A DNA stretch of 64,000 bases from Treponemataceae bacterium (GTDB taxonomy: Bacteria > Spirochaetota > Spirochaetia > Treponematales > Rectinemataceae), in the NCBI GenBank assembly GCA_963667725.2, contig CAXXHO010000003.1, positions 2,297,766 through 2,361,765 of the forward strand, in the 5' to 3' direction. Shown here one piece after another: positions 9,912 to 20,298 of this stretch (position 1 is its first letter; every line of letters starts with the position of its first letter). The notes beneath the pieces were generated by a model, which searched no databases, was not told where the DNA came from, and saw nothing but the letters and a program-made list of their open reading frames with translations. Made by a program: the position numbers and the translations under genes.

Positions 9912-11870
9912 CTATTTCTTGTCCTCGTCGTCCACTACTTTGTAATCGACGTCGTCCGCGGTCTTCGTGCCCTCGTCCTGGCCGGGTGAGCCCTGACCGT
10001 CGGCCGGGCCGCCGAAACCGGGGCCAGCGTTCGGTCCCTGGCCCTGGCCTGCCGCGCCCTGAGCGCTCTGCGCGTTCTTGTACAGTTCCTCGGAAAGCTT
10101 GTAGGAAGCCTGCTTCAGCGCCTCGGTCTTCTGCTTGAGCGCCTCGACGTCGGAACCCTCCATGGCCTTCTTCAGGTCCTTGACCGCCGTCTCGATATTC
10201 TGCTTCTCGCCGGGACCGGCCTTGTCGCCGTATTCCTTGAGAGCCTTTTCGGTCTGATAAATCAGCGCGTCAGCCTCGTTCCTCGCGTCCACGCGCTCGC
10301 GTTCCTTCCGGTCCTCGTCGGCATGGGCTTCGGCTTCGCGCACCATCTTCTCGATATCGCCTTCGTTGAGGCCGCTGGAAGCCTCGATCCTGATTTTCTG
10401 TTCCTTGCCGGTGCCCAGGTCCTTCGCCGACACGTGCACGATGCCGTTCGCGTCGATATCGAAGGTGACCTCGACCTGCGGAATGCCGCGGGGGGCCGGG
10501 GGGATGCCCACAAGATCGAATCTGCCCAGCGTCCTGTCCTGGCTGGCCATTTCGCGCTCGCCCTGGAGGACATGGATGGAAACCGCCGTCTGTCCATCGG
10601 CAGCCGTGGAGAAGATCTGGCTCTTGCGGCAGGGGATGGTCGTATTACGGGGAATGAGCTTGGTGAAAACGCCGCCCAGGGTTTCGATGCCGAGGGAAAG
10701 CGGGGTCACGTCGAGAAGGAGAACGTCCTTCACGTCGCCGCCCAGGATGCCGCCCTGAATGGCCGCGCCGACGGCGACGGCTTCATCCGGGTTGACGCCC
10801 ATGGAAGGCTCTTTGCCGAAAATTTCCTTGACTACCTGCTTGACCTTGGGCGTCCTGGTGGAGCCGCCGACGAGGATGACCTCGTCGATCTTGTCCACGG
10901 TGAGCCCCGCGTCGGCGATAGCCTTGCGGCAGGGTTCCTTGGTCCTCTCGAAGAGATCTTCGCACATCTGCTCGAATTTGGCCCTGGAAAGGGATTTCTG
11001 GAGATGCTTGGGACCAGAGGCGTCGGCGGTGATGAAGGGCAGGTTGATATCGGCCTGCATGACGTTCGAGAGCTCGATCTTGGCCTTCTCGGCCGCTTCC
11101 CTCAGGCGCTGCAGAGCCATGCGGTCCTTGGAGAGGTCGATGCCTGAATCTTTCTTGAACTCATCGACCAGCCACTGGGTGACCCTGAGATCGAAGTCGT
11201 CGCCGCCCAGGTGGGTATCGCCGTTGGTCGACTTGACCTCGAAGACGCCCTCGCCCAGTTCGAGGATGGAAATATCGAAGGTACCGCCGCCGAGGTCGTA
11301 CACGGCGATAGTTCTTTCTTTCTTCTGGTCCTTGTTGAAGCCATAGGCGAGGCTGGCCGCCGTCGGCTCGTTGATGATGCGCTTTACCTCGAGACCGGCG
11401 ATCTTGCCCGCGTCCTTGGTAGCCTGACGCTGGGAGTCGTTGAAGTATGCCGGAACCGTGATGACGGCTTCGGTGACGGGCTCACCCAGGTAATCCTCGG
11501 CGGTCTTCTTCATTTTTTGGAGAATGAAGGCGCTGATCTCCTGGGGACTGTATTTCTTGCCCTGGATATCGACGCGCACGTCGTTGCCGTTGTCGGAGAC
11601 ATTGAAGGGAACCATCTTGATTTCCGACTGGACTTCCGCGAAACGGCGTCCCATGAAACGCTTGATGGAGTAGACAGTGTTCTCGGCGTTGGTGATCATC
11701 TGGTTCTTAGCCGGCTGACCTACGACGCGCTCTCCCTTCGCGGTGAAACCTACGATAGACGGCGTTGTCCGCTGCCCCTCGGAATTGGAAATGACGATCG
11801 GCTCGCCGCCCTCCATCACCGAGACGCAAGAGTTTGTCGTTCCAAGATCGATGCCTATAATCCTACCCAT
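9912..11870 (-). CDS. dnaK: Molecular chaperone DnaK
   Basis: [25 protein letters not shown], full-length Hsp70. Confidence 0.99.
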   Translation of the reverse strand: MGRIIGIDLGTTNSCVSVMEGGEPIVISNSEGQRTTPSIVGFTAKGERVVGQPAKNQMITNAENTVYSIKRFMGRRFAEVQSEIKMVPFNVSDNGNDVRVDIQGKKYSPQEISAFILQKMKKTAEDYLGEPVTEAVITVPAYFNDSQRQATKDAGKIAGLEVKRIINEPTAASLAYGFNKDQKKERTIAVYDLGGGTFDISILELGEGVFEVKSTNGDTHLGGDDFDLRVTQWLVDEFKKDSGIDLSKDRMALQRLREAAEKAKIELSNVMQADINLPFITADASGPKHLQKSLSRAKFEQMCEDLFERTKEPCRKAIADAGLTVDKIDEVILVGGSTRTPKVKQVVKEIFGKEPSMGVNPDEAVAVGAAIQGGILGGDVKDVLLLDVTPLSLGIETLGGVFTKLIPRNTTIPCRKSQIFSTAADGQTAVSIHVLQGEREMASQDRTLGRFDLVGIPPAPRGIPQVEVTFDIDANGIVHVSAKDLGTGKEQKIRIEASSGLNEGDIEKMVREAEAHADEDRKERERVDARNEADALIYQTEKALKEYGDKAGPGEKQNIETAVKDLKKAMEGSDVEALKQKTEALKQASYKLSEELYKNAQSAQGAAGQGQGPNAGPGFGGPADGQGSPGQDEGTKTADDVDYKVVDDEDKK

Positions 11871-11900
11871 ATTATTTTCTCCTTCCTAAAACTTTCTTTA

Positions 11901-12644
11901 TCAAGCCTGGTCTGCCTTGGCGGCTGAACCGGCGCCATCGCTTCCCGCTTTCTCGCCCGCCGCATCGGAGGGGCCGGCGGACCTTCCAGGAGCGGGAATT
12001 CTCACCCTCACCTTGGCAGTCCTCAGGATCCTGTCGTGCAGGGAGTAGCCCGGAAGATACTCGTCCGCGACCATCGGATCCTCGATATCGGCGGGCTCGG
12101 CGAACACCGCCTCATGACGGTTCGGATCGAAGAGGGTTCCCTTCGATTCGAATCTCTTTAGAGCATACTTATTTTCCAGCATCTGCGACAACTGTTTTCT
12201 GATGAGGATGACGCCTTCGCTGAGCTGTTCGTAGTTTTTCGTGCTCTCGACGCTGGCGATTCCGCGGTCGAAATCGTCCAGAACGGGAATCAGGTCGCCG
12301 AGTAGGGAAGCCACGGCGTATTTCTGCGCCTCTTCCTTTTCCCTGATCATGCGCTTTCTGAAATTCACCTCATCGGCAAGCTTTCTGAGGTATTTCTCGT
12401 TCAGCTGATCCACCTCCTCGCGCAGCGAGGCAACCTGGGCGCGGGCAGCTTCCAGCTCGGCGGTCAGGGAAGCGGAGGGATTTTCGCTTCCCGAGGGTTC
12501 GTTGACCCTGCTTTCAGAAGCGGGGCCAGCGGTCGGCTGGACTGAACCCGCGGCGGCATCGGGAGCGACCGAGGCACCCTTCGGGTTCTCGGAGGAAGCG
12601 GTATTCTCCCCATGCATCTTTGAATCATTTCTGTGTTTGGACAT
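11901..12644 (-). CDS. grpE: Nucleotide exchange factor GrpE
   Basis: YLRKLADEVNFRKR, FDPNRHEA, GYSLHDRILRTAKV. Confidence 0.95.
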   Translation of the reverse strand: MSKHRNDSKMHGENTASSENPKGASVAPDAAAGSVQPTAGPASESRVNEPSGSENPSASLTAELEAARAQVASLREEVDQLNEKYLRKLADEVNFRKRMIREKEEAQKYAVASLLGDLIPVLDDFDRGIASVESTKNYEQLSEGVILIRKQLSQMLENKYALKRFESKGTLFDPNRHEAVFAEPADIEDPMVADEYLPGYSLHDRILRTAKVRVRIPAPGRSAGPSDAAGEKAGSDGAGSAAKADQA

Positions 12645-12691
12645 CTTCCTACCTTGCGGAGTATTGAATTGTAAATCAAGCGTACGCCTAT

Positions 12692-12830
12692 AAAATAATA
12701 AGACTTGGCGCGACCGTCAATAATCCGCGACCGATATCGGAGCGCTTCCATACGGAACACTGGGCTTGTCGGCAGGTTGCATCGAAACATCTCGGCTTCA
12801 TATTGACATTGTCGCATTGTACCTTACATT
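12692..12830. promoter_or_regulatory. Divergent sigma70-like promoters for grpE (-) and rpoN (+)
   Basis: Minus: TTGACG(12720)-17-TATTTT(12697); plus: TTGACA(12803)-16-TACATT(12825). Confidence 0.55.
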
Positions 12831-12850
12831 TACAGGTATAGGAGAATTCA

Positions 12851-14230
12851 GTGCAGGTACAACGACCGGTTCTGGTCGCGGAACAGCGTCAGAAGCTCAA
12901 CCCCCGAATGCTTCAGTCGATCAAGATCCTCGCGATGCCGATCGCGGAATTGACCGAAGAAATCCAGGCGGAACTTGAGGTCAATCCCGCCCTCGAAATT
13001 CTCGACGACAGGACCGAAGTCTCTCTCGAAACCTTCGCGGAGGACAAGGCGGAAGCCGCCCCCGACGCCTGGGAAGACGAGAATGCCGATTTCAGCTACA
13101 CCTCATCCTACGAAAACGAAGATTCCAAGAGAAAGTTCCTGGAAGGCGCCATCTTCCTGCCGGAAACCCTCCAGGACCACCTTCTCGCCCAGCTTCGCAT
13201 CCTCCCCCTGCCCCCAGCGAAAAGAGAACTGGGCGAAAGGCTCATCCAGAACCTGGACGACAACGGCTTCCATCGCAGCGATCCGGCGGAGCTTTGCCCC
13301 ACCTGCTCAAGTGAGGAGATCGAAGAGGCGATGGACATCGTCAGGAGACTCGATCCCAGCGGGACCTGCGCCACCGACTATAAGGAAAGCCTCCTCGTGC
13401 AGGCGGCCCAGGATCCAGAAGCGCCGAAAGGCACCATCGAAGCCCTGCGCGACCACCTCGACAACCTCGAAAAAGGAAAATACGCGGAGATAAGGAAAAG
13501 CCTCAAGCTCAAGGATTCCCAGTTCGACACCGTGCTCGCCTACATAAAAACCCTTTCGCCCTTCCCCGGAAGACTGTTTTCCACCGAAAGGACGCGCTAT
13601 GTCATACCCGACCTGGCCATACGGATCGAAGACAACGAATTCGTCATCGAACTCAACGACGAGATAATCCCCGTTCTGGGCATAAACCCCTTTTTCTCGG
13701 AGATCTCGGCGAAAAAAGGCGGCGAAAAGGACACGGTCAGCTTCGTCAAGGAAAACATAGAAAAGGCGAAGTTCTTCATCGGCAGCATCCAGCAGAGAAA
13801 CGCCACCCTCATCAAGGTGGCCAAGGCCATCGTGAAGTTCCAGACCGAGTTTTTCATCGAAGGACCGATGGCCATGAAGCCGCTTACCCTCAAGGATGTG
13901 GCCGAAGAAGTGGGCGTGCACGAAACCACGGTGTCGAGATTGGCGAACGGCAAGTATGTTCAGACGGAATGGGGTATATTTGAACTGAGGCGCTTTTTCA
14001 CGAACGCCGTTTCCTCGACCTCGTCGACATCGGGCACGCATTCGAAAGAAGGCGTCAAGGCTACACTCAGGGAAATCCTGGAATCAGAAAGCGGCGACAA
14101 TGCCGCCCTTTCGGACAGGGAACTGGTGGAGATTCTCGCCGGGCGCGGCATAAAGATAGCGCGCCGGACGGTGGCTAAATATAGGGGCGAGCTGGATATG
14201 GATTCATCGTTCAGCCGCCGGAAACACTGA
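12851..14230 (+). CDS. rpoN: RNA polymerase sigma-54 factor
   Basis: LQSIKIL..ELEVNPALE, PLTLKDVAEEVGVHETTVSR, RpoN box ARRTVAKYR. Confidence 0.97.
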   Translation: MQVQRPVLVAEQRQKLNPRMLQSIKILAMPIAELTEEIQAELEVNPALEILDDRTEVSLETFAEDKAEAAPDAWEDENADFSYTSSYENEDSKRKFLEGAIFLPETLQDHLLAQLRILPLPPAKRELGERLIQNLDDNGFHRSDPAELCPTCSSEEIEEAMDIVRRLDPSGTCATDYKESLLVQAAQDPEAPKGTIEALRDHLDNLEKGKYAEIRKSLKLKDSQFDTVLAYIKTLSPFPGRLFSTERTRYVIPDLAIRIEDNEFVIELNDEIIPVLGINPFFSEISAKKGGEKDTVSFVKENIEKAKFFIGSIQQRNATLIKVAKAIVKFQTEFFIEGPMAMKPLTLKDVAEEVGVHETTVSRLANGKYVQTEWGIFELRRFFTNAVSSTSSTSGTHSKEGVKATLREILESESGDNAALSDRELVEILAGRGIKIARRTVAKYRGELDMDSSFSRRKH

Positions 14231-14268
14231 ACGCGGCTTGAGCCGCGCGACTATCACAGGAGGTGCCC

Positions 14269-14562
14269 ATGAACATCGACGTTCGATCCGTACATTTCGA
14301 TCTCAGCGAGGAAAGCAGACAGTATCTGGCAACAAGGGCGGAGAGGATCGGGTACGCGAAGGATATGATCGTCGATCTTCTGTTCGTGATTACGAAGGAT
14401 TCTAAAAACTATAAACTGGAGGTGACCGTCAACTTCCGCTGGGGCGTACAGGCCCACCTTCTGGAAACTTCCTTCGAGGTCAATCCGGGAATAGATCTGC
14501 TCATGGATAAACTGGATCAGAAAATCTCCAAGGAGAAAGACAAGATACAGGAAAGGAAATAG
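14269..14562 (+). CDS. hpf: Ribosome hibernation factor HPF/RaiA (short form)
   Basis: MNIDVRSVHFDLS..IDLLMDKLDQKISKEK; follows rpoN; RBS AGGAGG. Confidence 0.85.
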   Translation: MNIDVRSVHFDLSEESRQYLATRAERIGYAKDMIVDLLFVITKDSKNYKLEVTVNFRWGVQAHLLETSFEVNPGIDLLMDKLDQKISKEKDKIQERK

Positions 14563-14570
14563 ATACCCCG

Positions 14571-14613
14571 AGCCTTCCCCCCGCCTGAAAAGGCGGTTTC
14601 GGGAAGGCTTTTT
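14571..14613 (+). terminator. Intrinsic terminator after hpf
   Basis: AGCCTTCCC-CCGCCT-gaaa-AGGCGG-tttc-GGGAAGGCTTTTT. Confidence 0.75.
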
Positions 14614-14665
14614 CATAGGCATTGGCGCATTTACCTTGTTGGCCGTTCGTAGTACACTTGTCCGC

Positions 14666-15661
14666 GTGATAGGAAACGAACCGGCGGTATTTACCGTCCT
14701 CGATCTCGTCGATCTGGACCTCAAGGAACAGAACGCCCTCAGCCTCAAATGCGTAGCGGGCAGGGCAGGATTGGGAAGGCAGATCACCGTGCCCGATCTC
14801 AACCGTCCGGGCCTGGCCCTCGCGGGATTCTATGAATCCTTCGCGTGGAGCCGCCTTCAGATCTTCGGCCGGGGCGAATGCGCCTACCTCGAGAAACTCG
14901 AGGCGGAAAATTCTCTCCAATCGATCAAGACACTTTTTTCCTATAAAATCCCCTGCTGCATATTCACGAATTCCCTCCAGCCCTCAGAGAATTTTCTCGC
15001 CGAGGCGGAAGCTGCCGGTTGCGCCATCCTCACCACTAGCCTCAATTCGAGCGAGTTCTCGAGCAGGGTGATCCGCGTGATCTCGGACATATTCGCTCCC
15101 AAAACAAGCGTGCATGGCGTCCTTGTGGAGGTTTTCGGCATCGGGATCCTCCTCACCGGGGATTCCGGCGTCGGGAAGAGCGAAACGGCGCTCGAACTCA
15201 TCGAACGCGGCCACCGCCTCGTGGCCGATGACGTCGTGGAAATACGCTGCGTGAACGGCTCCATCCTCATGGGACAAGGCGCGAACAAGGTAATCGGCCA
15301 TCATATGGAAATCAGGGGACTGGGCATCATAAACATCACCCACCTCTTCGGCGTCGGCGCCATCCGCGACAAGAAACAGATCCAGCTGGTCTGCCAGCTC
15401 GAAGACTGGAACCCCGAAAAGGTGTACGACAGGATAGGCATGGACGAACTCACGACCGAAATACTGGAAGTGAAGGTTCCCAAGCTGGAAATCCCCGTGA
15501 AGCCGGGACGGAACATCCCCATCATCGTGGAAACCGCCGCGATGAACGAAAGACTCAAGAAAATGGGCTATCACTCCGCGAAAGAGTTCAACCAGAACAT
15601 CATGCGCTGGCTTGAAAGCGAAAACGCGAGAGCCTTATACTTTTCACGCGACGACTACTGA
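14666..15661 (+). CDS. hprK: HPr kinase/phosphorylase (start uncertain)
   Basis: NRPGLALAG, HGVLVEVFG.GIL..GDSGVGKSETALELIERGHRLVADD, MEIRGLGII, PVKPGRN. Confidence 0.97.
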   Translation: MIGNEPAVFTVLDLVDLDLKEQNALSLKCVAGRAGLGRQITVPDLNRPGLALAGFYESFAWSRLQIFGRGECAYLEKLEAENSLQSIKTLFSYKIPCCIFTNSLQPSENFLAEAEAAGCAILTTSLNSSEFSSRVIRVISDIFAPKTSVHGVLVEVFGIGILLTGDSGVGKSETALELIERGHRLVADDVVEIRCVNGSILMGQGANKVIGHHMEIRGLGIINITHLFGVGAIRDKKQIQLVCQLEDWNPEKVYDRIGMDELTTEILEVKVPKLEIPVKPGRNIPIIVETAAMNERLKKMGYHSAKEFNQNIMRWLESENARALYFSRDDY

Positions 15662-15681
15662 TCCTACCACCGGAGCGAACC

Positions 15682-15954
15682 ATGATTGAGATTGAGACGA
15701 CGATCAAAAATAGGGCGGGTATCCACGCGAGACCATCGGCGCTCATCGCGCAGACCGCCGTGAAGTTTTCTTCGAGGATTTTCCTGGAGAAAAACGGCAA
15801 CCGCATCAACGCCAAATCCATCATGGGCATCATAACCCTCGCCGCCAGCTATGGTTCGAAGATTACGATCAGCGCCGAAGGCGCGGACGAGCAGGCCGCC
15901 GTCGACGCGATTAAAAACCTTTTCGAAACCGGTTTCAACGAGGAACTGGGCTGA
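15682..15954 (+). CDS. ptsH: Phosphocarrier protein HPr
   Basis: GIHARPS (His15), NAKSIMG (Ser46). Confidence 0.96.
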   Translation: MIEIETTIKNRAGIHARPSALIAQTAVKFSSRIFLEKNGNRINAKSIMGIITLAASYGSKITISAEGADEQAAVDAIKNLFETGFNEELG

Positions 15955-15977
15955 AGCCGGTTCCTTCGCGGTCTTGC

Positions 15978-17288
15978 CTACGGGCAGGATTTCTTAGGGC
16001 GCGAAGATAAAAGCTGATCGCAAAGAGAATCGTAGATGGGCTCCGCGCCTAAAAACTCAGAAATAAGAACGGCGACCACCGAAACCAGAATGAAAGCAGG
16101 AAAATGCCCCAGGCTGCCGGCCATTTCCGTTATCAGGACCGCCCCGGTTATCGGAGCCCGAACGACGGCGACAAAGAAGGCCGTCATTCCCAGCAGGATA
16201 TAATTGGCGAGAAAATCGCCCTCTATGCCGAATTCGGGCAGAAGTACCTGCGCGGCCGCGCCAATCAAGGCGCCGATCGTCAACATCGGGAGGAAAATGC
16301 CGCCCGGAGCCCCCGAAGCGTACGAAAACAAGGTAAAAACAAATTTCCCCGCCAGAAGCAGGCCAATCGTTCCTAAAGGAATTCCGGGAACGGCGATCAT
16401 CTCGACGAGCTGGCTCCCCCCGCCGGTGATCGAGGCCATGAAAAGGCTGACAACCGCTGCCGCCGCGAAAGCTATGACGATCCGCCGGCTTTCTCCGGGC
16501 ACCAGCCTGCCGAAACCTTTCTGGAAGGCGAGCAAGCCGCTGTTGAAAAGGCTCCCGAGTAAGCCCGAGGCTATGCCTATCATCAGCACCGCGCTGAGAT
16601 AATGCCGCAAAGGCAAAATTTGAAGCAGATGGATGTTGAAAACGGCCGAACTCCCGAAAAACAGCCACATGACGGCGTTGGCGCAGAATGAAGCTATGAG
16701 GGTGCTCGTCAGCATCGTGGGGGAAAAATTCTTGTGCAGTTCTTCGATACAGAACAGTACCCCGGCAAGCGGGGCGTTGAAAGCCGCGGAGATGCCTGCC
16801 GCCGCCCCCGCTGTCACCAGATAGTGCCGATAGTCATGCTTTTGGGTAAGGCTGTCCACCGCATCCCCAACCAGGGCGCCCAGTTGTATGGAAGGACCCT
16901 CCCTTCCAAGCGATAGACCAGCGCCGAGCGCGAGAGACCCGCCGATGAATTTGAAAGGCAGTTCCTTCTTCCAGTCGAAGGCGAGCTTGCGCATGAGCAG
17001 AGCTTTTACCTGAGGGATGCCTGAACCCTTGATGAGCGGCGATCGCTTTGTCATCGTGGCGGTCAGCAGCCCCGCCGCGATGGCCAAGGCCAGCCAGGCG
17101 ACAAGAAGTACGGCGGAACCGAGAATGGCGTCCATGGAAGCTTCGCGGTACTTTTCCAGGAGAGAAATTGCGGCCCTATACGCTACGACGACAAGGCCCG
17201 AGAGGATTCCGACCAAGGCACTGCCGCCGTAGATGATGACCTTGGGTCTTCTGCTTAATAATTCCTTCAACGTCTTCGGCACCTTCAT
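15978..17288 (-). CDS. ClC-family H+/Cl- exchange transporter (no CBS/TrkA-C tail; start 17288 or 17363)
   Basis: GSGIP, LGREGPS, FNAPLAG..F.IEE, GAPGGIFLP, RAPITG, EPIY. Confidence 0.93.
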   Translation of the reverse strand: MKVPKTLKELLSRRPKVIIYGGSALVGILSGLVVVAYRAAISLLEKYREASMDAILGSAVLLVAWLALAIAAGLLTATMTKRSPLIKGSGIPQVKALLMRKLAFDWKKELPFKFIGGSLALGAGLSLGREGPSIQLGALVGDAVDSLTQKHDYRHYLVTAGAAAGISAAFNAPLAGVLFCIEELHKNFSPTMLTSTLIASFCANAVMWLFFGSSAVFNIHLLQILPLRHYLSAVLMIGIASGLLGSLFNSGLLAFQKGFGRLVPGESRRIVIAFAAAAVVSLFMASITGGGSQLVEMIAVPGIPLGTIGLLLAGKFVFTLFSYASGAPGGIFLPMLTIGALIGAAAQVLLPEFGIEGDFLANYILLGMTAFFVAVVRAPITGAVLITEMAGSLGHFPAFILVSVVAVLISEFLGAEPIYDSLCDQLLSSRPKKSCP

Positions 17289-17457
17289 ATATTTTGCGGA
17301 TTGTATCCGTTTTAATTTTTTTTGAATACTCGTGGCGATCCTTTCTTGCGTTTGCGCTTGCATGACGGGAATTTTCCGGTTACACTATACAAAAGAATAG
17401 GTGTTTCAAGCATTATTCCGGTATAATGAAGCATAAACCCAAGGATAACGATTCGCG

Positions 17458-18057
17458 ATGAAGCAACTGACCGACAGGCAACAGGAAATTCTGGACTTTC
17501 TCACCAGCTTCATCGAGAAAAACTCCTATCCCCCTACCGTGCGCGAGACGGCCAAGGCTTTTTCCATTTCCATCAAGGGCGCCTATGACCATATCAAGGC
17601 CCTGGAAAAGAAGGGCGCCATAAAGCTTCAGGAGAACCGCTCCAGGGCTCTCGAGATCGTCTCAAAAAAAGAAGCCGACAACTCTATCGCCGAAGTTCCC
17701 ATCCTGGGCTCCATAGCGGCCGGCAATCCCATCCTGGCCGAAGAAAACTGGACGGGGACGATTCGCGTTCCTTCCGAATACGTACGCTCGGGCAAGTGCT
17801 TCGCCCTCCGCATCCAGGGAGACAGCATGAGGGACGCGGGCATCCAGTCCGGCGATATGGCCATAATCGAGCAGCGTCCCACCGCGGAAAACGGCGAGAT
17901 CGTCGCCGCCCTCATCGACGATTCGGCCACGCTCAAACGTTTCTTCAAGGAAAACAACAGAATTCGCCTCCAGGCGGAAAACCCCGACTACGCCCCCATC
18001 TACACCCAGGATGTACGCATCCTCGGCAAGCTCAAAGCGATAATCCGGAGTTACTGA
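17458..18057 (+). CDS. lexA: SOS repressor LexA
   Basis: LTDRQ..YPPTVRE HTH, Ala-Gly cleavage site IAAGNP, GDSM serine, TLKR lysine. Confidence 0.97.
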   Translation: MKQLTDRQQEILDFLTSFIEKNSYPPTVRETAKAFSISIKGAYDHIKALEKKGAIKLQENRSRALEIVSKKEADNSIAEVPILGSIAAGNPILAEENWTGTIRVPSEYVRSGKCFALRIQGDSMRDAGIQSGDMAIIEQRPTAENGEIVAALIDDSATLKRFFKENNRIRLQAENPDYAPIYTQDVRILGKLKAIIRSY

Positions 18058-18062
18058 ACCTC

Positions 18063-19100
18063 ATGCCGCCATCAGCACGCCATCCATCGACCTATATCCT
18101 CGCCGGTCCCGAAACGGGCAAACGCGAGGCTTTCGTTCACGAAATCCGGGAGTCTCTCGCGGCGAAGGACGGCAGCCCGCCAGAATACGGCAGGTTCTAC
18201 GCGGGCGAAGTCTCGCCCGAACAGCTCGTGGGACTTCTGCAGAACGCTTCGCTCTTCTCGTCGAGACGGGTGATCGAATACCGCAACGCCGAGGCCATCA
18301 CCGGTAAAGCCGCCATCACCGCCCTCGAAAACTACATAAAAAACCCGGCGGACGATGCCGTCCTCATCCTCGTCACCGAAGGCTATTCCCTCCCCAAGGC
18401 GATTGAGGCGGCCGTCGGCCCGGCGAACAAAAAAATGTTCTGGGAACTCCGCGACTCGGAAAAACCAGCATGGATAAGGGAAAAATTGTCGAGGGACAGG
18501 CTTTCGGCCGACGACGCGGCCATCGACGTCATCCTGGAGCTTGTCGAGAACGAGACATCGGCGCTGGAGTCGGCATGTCTGGTGCTGGCCGCCTGTTTTC
18601 CCGAAGGAACCCGTCTGAGCGCCGAAGAAATCGAGGCGGTGCTCTCGAAATCGCGGCAGGAAGACGCCTTCAGCCTTTTTGACAGAATGGCGGGAAGCGA
18701 TCTCGCGACGGCCCTTGGCGTGCTCGACACGCTGCTTGCCGACAGGCAGAGCGAACCTTCGCAGATTATCGCCGCTCTGGTGTGGAGCTTCCGCAAGCTC
18801 GAAAAGCTGCAGCGGGGCGTCTCCGAGGGCTTGAGCCCCGAGGAAATCTTCAGGCGCGAAAAAATCACGAGCAAGGCCGGACAGAAAAAATTCAAGGCGG
18901 CCATGCACCGCTACGCCGTCGAGGACTGCGAACGCATCGTGAGGGCAGCCTCGGAGACGGAGGGAGCCCTGCGCGGCGGATTCCCGGCATCTTTCTCCCG
19001 CCCCCTCCTCCATCTCTTCATACGTTCGGCCATGGTCTTAAAAGGCCGAGGCCTCATCTTGTCGGGATGGAAGGAACAAGAGTACTATCTTTCCGATTGA
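18063..19100 (+). CDS. holA: DNA polymerase III subunit delta
   Basis: YILAGPE.GK, LQNASLFSSRRVI, AFSLFD; true start ATG 18063 just after lexA. Confidence 0.85.
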   Translation: MPPSARHPSTYILAGPETGKREAFVHEIRESLAAKDGSPPEYGRFYAGEVSPEQLVGLLQNASLFSSRRVIEYRNAEAITGKAAITALENYIKNPADDAVLILVTEGYSLPKAIEAAVGPANKKMFWELRDSEKPAWIREKLSRDRLSADDAAIDVILELVENETSALESACLVLAACFPEGTRLSAEEIEAVLSKSRQEDAFSLFDRMAGSDLATALGVLDTLLADRQSEPSQIIAALVWSFRKLEKLQRGVSEGLSPEEIFRREKITSKAGQKKFKAAMHRYAVEDCERIVRAASETEGALRGGFPASFSRPLLHLFIRSAMVLKGRGLILSGWKEQEYYLSD

Positions 19101-19113
19101 AGCCAAAGGATGG

Positions 19114-20295
19114 ATGATGTCGAACACCATTAGAAAGATCGAACTGTCGAACCGTGCCATCACCCTGGTCGGGACCGCCCATATCTCGCACGAAAGCGTG
19201 GCCGAAGTCTCGGCCATCATCGAGCAGGAAAAGCCGGGCCATGTCTGCGTGGAACTGGACAGCAGCCGTTACCAGTCGATGACCCAAGGTTCGCGCTGGG
19301 AAAACCTCGACATCGGGAAAGTGCTCAAGGAAGGCAAGGGCTTTTTTCTCCTGGCCAACCTCGCCCTCTCGGGTTTTCAGAAACGCATGGGAGAGGGAAT
19401 AAACGCCAAGCCGGGAGAGGAAATGCTCGCCGCGGTTCAGGCCTCCGAGGCAGCCGGCATCCCCTGGTCCTGTTGCGACCGGGACGTCCAGATCACGCTG
19501 AAACGCGCCTGGGCGCGGTCCAATCTGTGGAACAAGTCGAAGCTTCTCGCCAGCCTCATCGGCTCGTCTTTTTCCAACGAAAAACTCTCGGAAAGCGAAA
19601 TAGAGCAGCTGAAGGACAAGAACGAGCTGGAACAGATGATGAACGAGCTCGCCGACTACCTGCCTTCGGTCAAGGAAGTCCTCATCGACGAGCGCGATCG
19701 CTACCTCGCGGCTAAAATATTCGAGAAAAAGGAAGAGAACGTCGTCGCCATCGTGGGCGCCGGCCACATGGCGGGCATTGAGACCTGGCTGCGGAAGCTG
19801 GATAAGGGCGAGGCGAATCCCGACGTATCCGAAATCGACATGGTGCCGCCACCCTCGAAACTGTCCAAATACATAGGGTGGATAATCCCGCTCGCCATAC
19901 TCGCCCTCATCGTCGTCGGTTTTTTTCGCTCCGGCGGACAGGCTAGCCTTGAGCTGATGCTCAGGTGGGTGCTGCTGAACGGCTCACTCGCCGCCATCGG
20001 CTCGGCGCTCTGTCTCGCCCATCCGCTGACGATAGCCGTATCCTTCCTCATGGCGCCCATAGCCACGCTCAATCCCCTCGTGGGAATCGGGCTCTTCGCC
20101 GGCGTCGTCGAGGCATACTTGAGAAAGCCCAAGGTTCAGGATTTCGAGCGGCTCGCGGACGATGTCACGAGCGCCAAGGGATTCTACAAGAACAGGGTCA
20201 CCCACATTCTTCTCGTGTTCTTTCTCTCCAGCATCGGGGGAATGATAGGCAACTTCATAGCCCTGCCCCTGCTGGCCTCGGGCGCGATCGGCTAA
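19114..20295 (+). CDS. TraB/PrgY (pheromone-shutdown, TIKI-like) family membrane protein
   Basis: LVGTAHIS..S, VCVELD..R, KPGEEM, CDRDVQITLKRA, LIDERD, VGAGH; C-terminal TMs. Confidence 0.9.
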   Translation: MMSNTIRKIELSNRAITLVGTAHISHESVAEVSAIIEQEKPGHVCVELDSSRYQSMTQGSRWENLDIGKVLKEGKGFFLLANLALSGFQKRMGEGINAKPGEEMLAAVQASEAAGIPWSCCDRDVQITLKRAWARSNLWNKSKLLASLIGSSFSNEKLSESEIEQLKDKNELEQMMNELADYLPSVKEVLIDERDRYLAAKIFEKKEENVVAIVGAGHMAGIETWLRKLDKGEANPDVSEIDMVPPPSKLSKYIGWIIPLAILALIVVGFFRSGGQASLELMLRWVLLNGSLAAIGSALCLAHPLTIAVSFLMAPIATLNPLVGIGLFAGVVEAYLRKPKVQDFERLADDVTSAKGFYKNRVTHILLVFFLSSIGGMIGNFIALPLLASGAIG

Positions 20296-20298
20296 GAA

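Noticed and set aside
10323..11927. Long + strand ORFs antisense to dnaK
   Set aside because: Well-known shadow ORFs caused by codon bias in GC-rich dnaK genes
12645..12850. CIRCE element or hrcA upstream of grpE-dnaK-dnaJ
   Set aside because: No TTAGCACTC-N9-GAGTGCTAA and no hrcA in the window
17796..18062. N-terminal extensions in the ORF track (holA from 17796, apbE from 28369, second aroQ from 43137, serine hydrolase from 41748)
   Set aside because: They overlap upstream genes; downstream starts fit RBS, signal peptide or family N-termini better
19114..20295. Conjugation gene because of the TraB name
   Set aside because: It is the TraB/PrgY peptidase-like family; no conjugation genes nearby
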